Positions 5,385-11,617 of a stretch of 11,617 bases of DNA are shown piece after piece. Both the position numbers and the translations under genes were made by a program. This DNA is from Anaerolineae bacterium (GTDB taxonomy: Bacteria; Chloroflexota; Anaerolineae; B4-G1): assembly GCA_016931785.1 (NCBI GenBank), contig JAFGED010000009.1:1-11617 (forward strand), in the 5' to 3' direction. Below the pieces are notes generated by a model. That model had not been told where the DNA came from, ran no database searches, and worked only from the letters and a program-made list of their open reading frames with translations. Numbering within the stretch: the first letter of the stretch is position 1; the number at the start of each line of letters is the position of its first letter.

Positions 5385-7406
5385 ATGAACAGCCCAACGA
5401 ATCCTTACATCGCCGGTAACCCCATCACGGGCTCGGAGATGTTCTTTGGCCGCCAGGACGTGTTCTGCTTCGTGCGGGAGACGCTGGTGGGGCGCTACCA
5501 GGATAACGCCATCGTTCTCTACGGCGGACGGCGAACGGGCAAAACCTCGGTTCTCTACCAGATGGGCCGCCACCTCGATCCCAAGTACGTGCCTGTCTTC
5601 GTGGATCTGCAGGCAGTCTCCTTGGGCGGGTTGGGGGAGATGCTGTGGGGGATCGCGCGCCAGGCCGTGCGGGTGTTGCGCCAGCAGAAGGGGATCAAGT
5701 TGAGCATCCCCTCGCGTGAGGAATTCGCCAGGGACCCGGAGGGTTGCTTCTACGAGCGCTTTCTCGATCCCGCCCTGGAAGCCCTTGGCGACGGGCATCT
5801 CCTGTTGATGCTGGACGAGGCCGCGCGGCTCTACGAGCAGGTACACGCCGGGCGGCTGGAGCCCCGCGCCTTTGACTTTCTTCGCAGTTTGATCCAGTAT
5901 CACTCTCGCCTGAACTTTATCTTTTCCATCGGCAGCGGCCTGGAGGAGATGCGGCGCGAGTATGCTCTCCTGTTCAATCTGTGCCAATATCGCAAGATCA
6001 GCTTCCTCGACCGGGACGCAGCCGTGGCGCTCATCACCAAGCCAGTCGAGGAGCATTATCGATACGCGCCCGGCGCGGTGGATCGAATTCTGGACGAGAC
6101 CTGCGGGCACCCCTACTACACTCAACTGGTGTGCAACCGTCTCTTTGCCCGCTGGGCCCGCCACGACGGCGACGAGGTGACCCCTGCCGACGTTGAGGCT
6201 GTTCTGGGCGAAGCGGTCGAGCAGGGCATGGCCAGCCTCCAGTACACCTGGGAGGAGGCCTCCGACGCCGCCAAGGTCGTTTTGGCGGCGCTGACCGAGC
6301 TTATGAAGGACAGTAACGGGTCCGTCAGCTTGAGCGATTTGGAAGACGTCCTTGCTGCCGAAGAGATCGCGCTCTCGCGCCGTGCGGTCGGCCGGGCGCT
6401 GCAAGAGCTGGTAGTGAGAGAGGTGTTGTATTCCACCCGTGAGGGCTATGCGTTCACCCTGGACCTTATGCGGCTGTGGGTCAAGCAGTATCAACATTTG
6501 GAGTGGGTCAAGGGCCAGGTCGCTCTCCCTGTGGAGGTGAGTGCACCTGCCAAGCGAGATTGGGTCCGCGTGACCCTCGCCGGTGTATCGGCCGGGTTGT
6601 TGTTTCTGATGGTCGGCCTTTCCATCATCGTCTGGCGCAGCATAGAGCGAGACAGGACCGAGAGGCAGGCTTCTGCGACGGCGATGTACGGCACCATCGA
6701 GGCTCTGAGGACCCGTGTCGCGCAGGTGCCCAGCGGGGCTCTTGAGCAGGCAGAGCTCAGCACAGAGATAGCGCTAAAAGAGACCGAGGTCGTGGGTGTG
6801 GCGACGGCGCTTCCCACGCAAGAACCTCCTATTACGCCAACTGCCGTCCCACTGCCTACTTATACCTCTACCCCCATTCCCACTCCCACGCCCAGCCCTA
6901 CGCCGGAGTGTTTGCCAGGGGATGGCCCATTCGTCGATATTTGGGAAGCCGATCAAGGCGCATTGGGATGTGCAAGGGACGTATCCCAGGCAGTCGAGGG
7001 AGCGAAGCAGGCGTTTGAAGGGGGGATGATGATCTGGCGGGGGGAAACCGATCAGATCATCGTCCTGTATAGCAATTCTGAATGGGCTTTGTACGACGGC
7101 ACCTGGAAGGAAGGTGATCCTTACATACATCCAGACTGCGAGTCGATGATACCGCCGACGACCAGCCTCTACCTACCTGTCCGCAGCTTTGGCAAACTCT
7201 GGTGTACCAATGAACCAGCACGCGAGAGGCTGGATTGGGCCACTGAGAAGGAGCGGGAGTGGGCCGGTATGGTACAGGAGTTTCAGGGCGGGCTGACCAT
7301 GATGCTCGCTTATGACGACACCGTGGAAGCATTCATATTCTATTGTGAGGACAAGACGTGTACCGGTGGAAAGTGGCGGCCACCGTCGATGCAGATACAG
7401 CGGTAG
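5385..7406 (+). CDS. Membrane-anchored STAND/AAA_35-like P-loop NTPase with an extracytoplasmic Pro/Thr linker and a Cys-containing LGFP-like C-terminal domain.
   Basis: Start moved to ATG 5385 (GGGAGGAG upstream). This aligns 'MNSPTNPYIAGNPITGSEMFFGR' with the paralog's N-terminus. Walker A 'GGRRTGKTS' near 5521-5550. Walker B 'LLLMLDEAA' near 5806-5820. wHTH-like segment. TM helix 'VTLAGVSAGLLFLMVGLSIIVW' near 6571-6633. PT linker 'PTQEPPITPTAVPLPTYTSTPIPTPTPSPTPE'. Six Cys after it, with LGFP-like 'LGCARDVSQAVEGAKQAFEGGMMIW' and 'LDWATEKEREWAGMVQEFQGGLTMM'. Confidence 0.85.
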   Translation: MNSPTNPYIAGNPITGSEMFFGRQDVFCFVRETLVGRYQDNAIVLYGGRRTGKTSVLYQMGRHLDPKYVPVFVDLQAVSLGGLGEMLWGIARQAVRVLRQQKGIKLSIPSREEFARDPEGCFYERFLDPALEALGDGHLLLMLDEAARLYEQVHAGRLEPRAFDFLRSLIQYHSRLNFIFSIGSGLEEMRREYALLFNLCQYRKISFLDRDAAVALITKPVEEHYRYAPGAVDRILDETCGHPYYTQLVCNRLFARWARHDGDEVTPADVEAVLGEAVEQGMASLQYTWEEASDAAKVVLAALTELMKDSNGSVSLSDLEDVLAAEEIALSRRAVGRALQELVVREVLYSTREGYAFTLDLMRLWVKQYQHLEWVKGQVALPVEVSAPAKRDWVRVTLAGVSAGLLFLMVGLSIIVWRSIERDRTERQASATAMYGTIEALRTRVAQVPSGALEQAELSTEIALKETEVVGVATALPTQEPPITPTAVPLPTYTSTPIPTPTPSPTPECLPGDGPFVDIWEADQGALGCARDVSQAVEGAKQAFEGGMMIWRGETDQIIVLYSNSEWALYDGTWKEGDPYIHPDCESMIPPTTSLYLPVRSFGKLWCTNEPARERLDWATEKEREWAGMVQEFQGGLTMMLAYDDTVEAFIFYCEDKTCTGGKWRPPSMQIQR

Positions 7407-7447
7407 TAGCTGGTTGCCTCGGATGATTTCGCTACAAGGGAGCACAT

Positions 7448-8749
7448 ATGCCGACTAATCCTTTTACCTATGGCAATCCCATCTCCGCCCCGGAGCGCTT
7501 TTTTGGGCGCAAGGCCGAGGTGGAACAGGTCTACACGCGCCTGCTCAACGCCGAGTTCGAAAGCAGTTCCATCGTCGGCGAGCGGCGGATGGGCAAGACG
7601 TCGTTGCTCAATTACATCGCGCACCCCTCCACCGCCGAGGCCCACGGTTTGACCCCAGGCCGCTATCTCTTTGTCTACGTCGATCTGCAGATGGTGGATC
7701 AAAAGACGACGCCGACGCGCTTCTGGTCTCGACTTTTGCGCCGCGCTGCCCGCGAGCTGAACGACGAAGGACTCAAGGCCGAATTCGAGCAGGCCGCCGG
7801 TCAAGAGGAAATCGATAACTATACCTTGGACGATCTTTTCTCCCTCGTTGACGAGCAAGACCTTCACTTTGTTTTGCTGTTGGACGAGTTCGAGAACGTC
7901 ACCGAGAACGCCAATTTTGACACCGACTTTTTCTACGGGCTGCGAGCCCTGGCGATCCATCACAATCTGGCCTTGATCACCGCCAGTCGGCAGGAGCTGA
8001 TCACGCTATGCCACTCCGACGCCGTGCGCGCCTCTCCTTTTTTCAACATCTTTGCCAACGTCAACCTGCCCGCCTTCGGTGAGGAAGAAGCCCGCGCGCT
8101 TGTCGAGCGGTCCCTGGCAGAGACCTGCGTGCAGTTTGCGCCAGCGGAACTGGCGCTGATATCGAATATCGCTGGCTCTCATCCCTATTTTCTCCAAATC
8201 GCCGCCCATTTTCTCTTCGCCGCCTACTGCAAAGGAGGCGCCGCACAGGAGAGAGAGCGGTATCTACTGCGGGAATTCGAGGAAGAGGCGACGCCCAGCC
8301 TGGCCGACTATTGGCATCACTCGGACGATGGCGAAAAGATCGTGCTCTCCGCACTGGCGTTGCTGGCGAGACAGGGGAAGGCAGGAAAGCGGCGTTTCTC
8401 GCTGGGCAAGTTGAAAGAGCTCTACCATCGTTCTGAGCTTACCCTCTCCTGGTTGGAGAAGCGCGCCTTGATCACCGCTGATGGGGAGGGATACACGCTG
8501 TTCTCCAGCGTGTTCGGCGATTGGATCGTCGCTGAGCTAACGGGCGTGATGGCCGACGCGCAGTCGTATGAGGAATGGCTGGCGGCCAATCAGAGTGCTT
8601 TACAACGTTTCTCCCGCTCGACCCGCGACGAAATCAGCGAGATACTGCCTCAGATCAAGGCCGGATATCGCCAGTTCGTCGTGGATTGGCTTTCCAATCC
8701 CCAGACGCTGGTCAGCGCGGCCTCGTTGCTCCGGAGTGTGTTTAGTTGA
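7448..8749 (+). CDS. Soluble paralogous STAND/AAA_35-like P-loop NTPase.
   Basis: N-terminus 'MPTNPFTYGNPISAPERFFGRKAEVE'. Walker A 'GERRMGKTS' near 7575-7603. Walker B 'VLLLDEFEN' near 7871-7900. C-terminal wHTH-like region. Lies 41 nt after the paralog. Confidence 0.85.
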   Translation: MPTNPFTYGNPISAPERFFGRKAEVEQVYTRLLNAEFESSSIVGERRMGKTSLLNYIAHPSTAEAHGLTPGRYLFVYVDLQMVDQKTTPTRFWSRLLRRAARELNDEGLKAEFEQAAGQEEIDNYTLDDLFSLVDEQDLHFVLLLDEFENVTENANFDTDFFYGLRALAIHHNLALITASRQELITLCHSDAVRASPFFNIFANVNLPAFGEEEARALVERSLAETCVQFAPAELALISNIAGSHPYFLQIAAHFLFAAYCKGGAAQERERYLLREFEEEATPSLADYWHHSDDGEKIVLSALALLARQGKAGKRRFSLGKLKELYHRSELTLSWLEKRALITADGEGYTLFSSVFGDWIVAELTGVMADAQSYEEWLAANQSALQRFSRSTRDEISEILPQIKAGYRQFVVDWLSNPQTLVSAASLLRSVFS

Positions 8750-9666
8750 CGGCCCAGGTAACGCGCCCTGTCTGTGATTATGAAGGTTCCGCTTACCGCA
8801 CCGAGTTCTGGGGACGCGGGCGGGAGTACGAGGACGGGGCCGAGCGGGCGGCGCTGCGCCACCTGCTGCCGCCTACCGGTCGCCGCCTGATCGACATCGG
8901 CGGGGGGTACGGGCGGATCTTTCCCCTCTACGGCGGCTACGACGAGGTGGTGCTGTTCGACTACGCGCGCTCGCAGCTGCAGCAGGGGCGGGAGTTGTGG
9001 GGGGATGCCGGCCCCGGCGGCAAGCCGCGCTACACGTACGTCGCAGGTGACTTTTATAAATTCCCCTTCGTCCCGGGCCTCTTTGATGCGGTGGTGATGG
9101 TGCGCACGCTCCATCACGCCGCCGACGCGCCGGCGGTGCTGCGCGGCGTGGCGCAGATGCTTGCCCCGGGGGGCGCGTTCGTGTTGGAATTCGCCAACAA
9201 GCGCAACCTCAAAGCCATCCTGCGCCGCCTGCTGCAGCGACAGGATTGGTCGCCCTTCGACCGGGAGCCGGTAGAGTTTGCCAAGCTGAACTTTGACTTC
9301 CACCCGGCTTGGATGCGTGAGCGCCTGAACGAGGCCGGGCTGCGCGTGCGGGAAACGCGCGCCGTCTCCCACTTTCGGATCGGCCTGCTCAAGCGCGTGG
9401 CGCCCACGGGGCTTTTGGTGGCGCTCGACCGGCTGGTACAACCGACGGGGGCGCTGTGCCAGCTTTCGCCCAGCGTTTTCGTGCGCTGCCAGGGTGGCGG
9501 CAAAACCGCCGCGCCCGCGGGCGCTTTTTTCCGTTGCACTATTTGTGGTTCGACGATGCTTGTAGAGAAAGGGGAGATCCTATCCTGCGCCAACTGCGGC
9601 GCGCGTTTCGCGATGCGTGATGGGGTCTATGATTTCAAGGCCCCGCTGGAGGGAGGTAGAGGATGA
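8746..9666 (+). CDS. Class I SAM-dependent methyltransferase with a C-terminal Trm112-like C4 zinc ribbon.
   Basis: TTG start overlaps the upstream TGA (TTGA, 8746-8749), with GGAG 9 nt upstream. Motif I 'LIDIGGGYGRI' near 8884-8913. 'VAGDFYKFPF...FDAVVMVRTLHH' and 'LAPGGAFVLEF' follow. C-terminus 'FRCTICGSTMLVEKGEILSCANCGARFAMRDGVYDF' near 9527-9640. No DPPY or PC DNA-MTase motifs. Confidence 0.8.
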   Translation: MTAQVTRPVCDYEGSAYRTEFWGRGREYEDGAERAALRHLLPPTGRRLIDIGGGYGRIFPLYGGYDEVVLFDYARSQLQQGRELWGDAGPGGKPRYTYVAGDFYKFPFVPGLFDAVVMVRTLHHAADAPAVLRGVAQMLAPGGAFVLEFANKRNLKAILRRLLQRQDWSPFDREPVEFAKLNFDFHPAWMRERLNEAGLRVRETRAVSHFRIGLLKRVAPTGLLVALDRLVQPTGALCQLSPSVFVRCQGGGKTAAPAGAFFRCTICGSTMLVEKGEILSCANCGARFAMRDGVYDFKAPLEGGRG

Positions 9667-10094
9667 GCGGCGCGCGGAAGGCGCTGTTTGGCGATCTGGT
9701 CTTTAACGAAGCAGGTGAGCCGGTCAGGGTGGTCGATATCGGCAACGCGCCTCACTATGCCGTGCCGGACGGGGATTTTCTGCGCCACGTCGAGGCGGCG
9801 TACGTGGACCGCCAGATTCTGGACCAGATCAAGGAGCGCATCCTGCCGATGAAGGACGCGATCATCGAGGGGATGATCCAGATGATCGGCCAGGAGAATC
9901 TGTTCACGCGCCCTGCCATCGAGAGTGCCATCGAGAACATGGATCGCATCCTCGAGACGGATGACGTCGACGTGGACGAATTGCGCACCGCGTTGTGGAT
10001 GACGGGCTTTCGCGCCACGGTGGACGTGCACGGCGAGGTGGTGGAGCTGGAGATGCCGGGGGTGGAAGCGCCGGATTGGGATGGTGACGAGTGA
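9663..10094 (+). CDS. Hypothetical small acidic protein (143 aa).
   Basis: ATG overlaps the MTase stop (ATGA, 9663-9666) and is preceded by GGAGGGAGG. High GC3. Asp/Glu-rich tail 'DWDGDE'. No family recognised. Confidence 0.7.
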   Translation: MSGARKALFGDLVFNEAGEPVRVVDIGNAPHYAVPDGDFLRHVEAAYVDRQILDQIKERILPMKDAIIEGMIQMIGQENLFTRPAIESAIENMDRILETDDVDVDELRTALWMTGFRATVDVHGEVVELEMPGVEAPDWDGDE

Positions 10095-10121
10095 AATTTT
10101 GGAAGAGCGCCAAAATTTCAC
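10091..10121 (+). other. AT-rich perfect hairpin overlapping the stop codon of the acidic-protein gene.
   Basis: GTGAAATTTTGG-aagagcg-CCAAAATTTCAC with 12-bp perfect arms. The stop TGA at 10092-10094 lies inside the left arm. Confidence 0.55.
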
Positions 10122-10127
10122 TTGAGC

Positions 10128-10160
10128 AAAAGCCGCCCAGACGAAGGCGGCTTTTGTTTG
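10128..10160 (+). terminator. Rho-independent terminator ending the plus-strand gene cluster.
   Basis: AAAAGCCGCC-cagacgaa-GGCGGCTTTT followed by GTTTG. GC stem flanked by A and T tracts. Confidence 0.7.
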
Positions 10161-10202
10161 TAAGTATTTGTAAGCATTACGGGCGAGCGTAAGGGCTTGT
10201 AC

Positions 10203-10231
10203 TTGTGCGGCTTACCAAGTTGGTGTATACT
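10203..10231 (+). promoter_or_regulatory. Candidate dnaN promoter.
   Basis: TTGTGC at 10203-10208, a 17-nt spacer, then TATACT at 10226-10231 with TG immediately upstream. SD GAGGAGG at 10254-10260 lies 9 nt before the ATG. Confidence 0.3.
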
Positions 10232-10269
10232 GTTGCAATATCGCCTAATTCACGAGGAGGACCGCAGCG

Positions 10270-11403
10270 ATGAAGATCTCCTGCCTGCAAGAAAACCTCG
10301 CCAAGGGTTTGGGAATCGTTGGACGCGCAGTTTCGCCGCGCTCCACGCTGCCCGTGCTCGGCAACATTCTCCTGGCTGCCGACAATGGAAGGCTCAAGCT
10401 CTCTGCCACCAATCTGGAGGTGGGCATCAACTGTTGGATCGGGGCCAAGGTGGAGGAGGAGGGGGCGACCACCGTCCCGGCCCGCACGTTCATCGACCTG
10501 GTCAACTCCCTGCCCCCGGAGCGGGTGGATATGGAACTGGTCACGCGCACGCAGACGCTCAATCTGCACGCCGGTCGCAGCGAGGCGAACATCAAGGGCA
10601 TCGACGCGCAGGAATTCCCGCTCGTGCCGGTGCCGGAGGGCGAGGGGGGGATCTCCATCGAAGCCGAGGCCCTGCGCACGGCGATTGGGCAGGTCGCTTT
10701 CGCCGCTGCCACCGACGAGAGCCGTCCCATCCTGACCGGGGTGTTGGCCAAGTTTGAGGACGCGCAACTCACGCTGGCCGCCGCCGACGGGTTCCGTCTC
10801 TCGGTGCGCACCGTCGAATTGTCCCAGGTTGTTCCCGATCCCTTCAGCGTCATCATTCCCTCCCGGGCGCTGACCGAGTTAGGGCGCATCAGCGGCGAGC
10901 AGGAAGCCCCGGTTTCAATCACCGTCACTCCCACCCGCAACCAGGTCATCTTTCAACTGACCGACATCGTCCTGGTGTCGCAACTGATCGACGGCAATTT
11001 TCCCGACTACCGGCAGATCATTCCCAAGGACCGCACGGCGCACACGGTGGTGGATACGGCCGTGTTCCTCAAGGCGTGCAAGACGGCGCTCATTTTCGCC
11101 CGCGATGCGGCCCACATCGCCCGGTTGCACATCAAGCCCGGCTCCGAGCTGGCTCCGGGCAGCATGATCGTCTCCGCTACCTCCGCCGAAACCGGCGACG
11201 ACGTGAGCGAGTTGGATGCCAGCATCGAAGGTGACGAGATTGAGGTCGCCTTCAACGTCCGATACTTGATCGACGTGCTATCGGTGATCGGCACGCCGCA
11301 GGTGGGCTTGGATACGACCACCTCCTCCAGCCCGGGCGTTCTCCGGCCCGTAGGCGAGGAGGATTTTACCCACGTGATCATGCCGATGCATTTGGGGCGG
11401 TAG
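10270..11403 (+). CDS. dnaN: DNA polymerase III beta subunit (sliding clamp).
   Basis: 377 aa. 'MKISCLQENLAKGLGIVGRAVSPRSTLPVLGNILLAADNGRLKLSATNLEVGI' is the canonical DnaN N-terminus. Three-domain length and a strong SD. Confidence 0.95.
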   Translation: MKISCLQENLAKGLGIVGRAVSPRSTLPVLGNILLAADNGRLKLSATNLEVGINCWIGAKVEEEGATTVPARTFIDLVNSLPPERVDMELVTRTQTLNLHAGRSEANIKGIDAQEFPLVPVPEGEGGISIEAEALRTAIGQVAFAAATDESRPILTGVLAKFEDAQLTLAAADGFRLSVRTVELSQVVPDPFSVIIPSRALTELGRISGEQEAPVSITVTPTRNQVIFQLTDIVLVSQLIDGNFPDYRQIIPKDRTAHTVVDTAVFLKACKTALIFARDAAHIARLHIKPGSELAPGSMIVSATSAETGDDVSELDASIEGDEIEVAFNVRYLIDVLSVIGTPQVGLDTTTSSSPGVLRPVGEEDFTHVIMPMHLGR

Positions 11404-11422
11404 CGCAGCCTCTCGAAACACC

Positions 11423-11450
11423 GGACGCCCTCAGGAGACTGAGGGCGTCC
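11423..11450 (+). terminator. Perfect 12-bp hairpin with a GAGA tetraloop downstream of dnaN. Candidate terminator with a weak U-tract.
   Basis: GGACGCCCTCAG-GAGA-CTGAGGGCGTCC followed by GATATTG. Confidence 0.4.
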
Positions 11451-11552
11451 GATATTGGGGGCATTTGCCCCCTGGGGCGGCGGGCAATCGGCTTCCAGCG
11501 AAATAGGCACAACACGCGCTTTAGCATTCGTCGAGCAAGGGCAAATGCACCT

Positions 11553-11582
11553 GCGCAGTTTGGGCGCAAGCCCGAACTGCGC
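11553..11582 (+). other. 13-bp hairpin with a GCAA tetraloop and one T-G wobble, with a T5 run 14 nt downstream.
   Basis: GCGCAGTTTGGGC-GCAA-GCCCGAACTGCGC. TTTTT at 11597-11601. Possible terminator or structured RNA element. Confidence 0.3.
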
Positions 11583-11617
11583 GCTTGCGAATCTCGTTTT
11601 TGTGCAGCGAGCTTGGA

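Noticed and set aside
5328-6497. 389-aa minus-strand ORF, plus other minus-strand ORFs at 6122-6817, 6774-7445 and 7340-7963
   Set aside because: All are antisense to the two NTPase genes. The NTPase genes carry clear Walker A/B motifs, good starts and high GC3. The antisense frames are Arg/Ala/Gly-rich artefacts.
8650-9441. 263-aa minus-strand ORF, plus 9114-9593, 9627-10121, 10177-10767, 10245-10949 and 11007-11510
   Set aside because: They are antisense to the SAM MTase, the acidic-protein gene and dnaN. The sense-strand genes have motif and RBS support, and the antisense ORFs do not.
11581-11600. tRNA T-loop-like 'TTGCGAATCT'
   Set aside because: There is no flanking 5-bp T-stem, acceptor stem or anticodon arm. 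No tRNA cloverleaf can be drawn.
1-11617. CRISPR arrays, IS/transposase or integrase genes, rRNA or tRNA genes
   Set aside because: No regularly spaced direct repeats, terminal inverted repeats flanking a transposase-like ORF, or RNA-gene signatures were seen on either strand.

Overview
This 11.6-kb window comes from a high-GC bacterial chromosome (about 65-70% GC judged by eye; the P-loop ATPases look Chloroflexi-like).

Layout, left to right:
- 1-2130: an AT-richer island of roughly 45% GC. It carries a two-gene minus-strand unit, a DNA amino-methyltransferase (DPMAGSGTT ... TSPPY) followed by a small candidate restriction endonuclease.
- 2169-2777: a LysE/RhtB-family exporter on the minus strand.
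- 2782-2920: an intergenic tract of perfect G/C-homopolymer hairpins with a G-quadruplex-type G-run cluster.
- 2931-4325: a minus-strand protein with repeats, an SPFH-like shoulder and a coiled coil. It reads like a truncated bacterial major-vault-protein (MVP) homolog.
- 4326-4636: a divergent promoter region holding a perfect 26-bp palindrome.
- 4637-10094: a plus-strand gene cluster, probably one operon. It holds a membrane protein with VP(V/I) repeats and two paralogous STAND/AAA_35-like P-loop NTPases. The first NTPase is membrane-anchored with an extracytoplasmic Pro/Thr linker and a Cys-containing LGFP-like domain; the second is soluble. A class-I SAM methyltransferase with a C-terminal Trm112-like zinc ribbon and a small acidic protein follow. 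The last three junctions are tight, with 4-nt TTGA and ATGA start/stop overlaps.
- 10091-10160: the cluster ends at a strong intrinsic terminator.
- 10270-11403: dnaN (sliding clamp), preceded by a promoter and followed by a structured non-coding tail with GNRA-type hairpins.

No tRNA, rRNA, CRISPR or IS element is visible. The many long antisense ORFs in the track are high-GC artefacts.

The best candidates for a novel system are the NTPase/NTPase/methyltransferase/acidic-protein operon and the MVP-like gene. All calls rest on reading the sequence and remembered family motifs. No searches were run.
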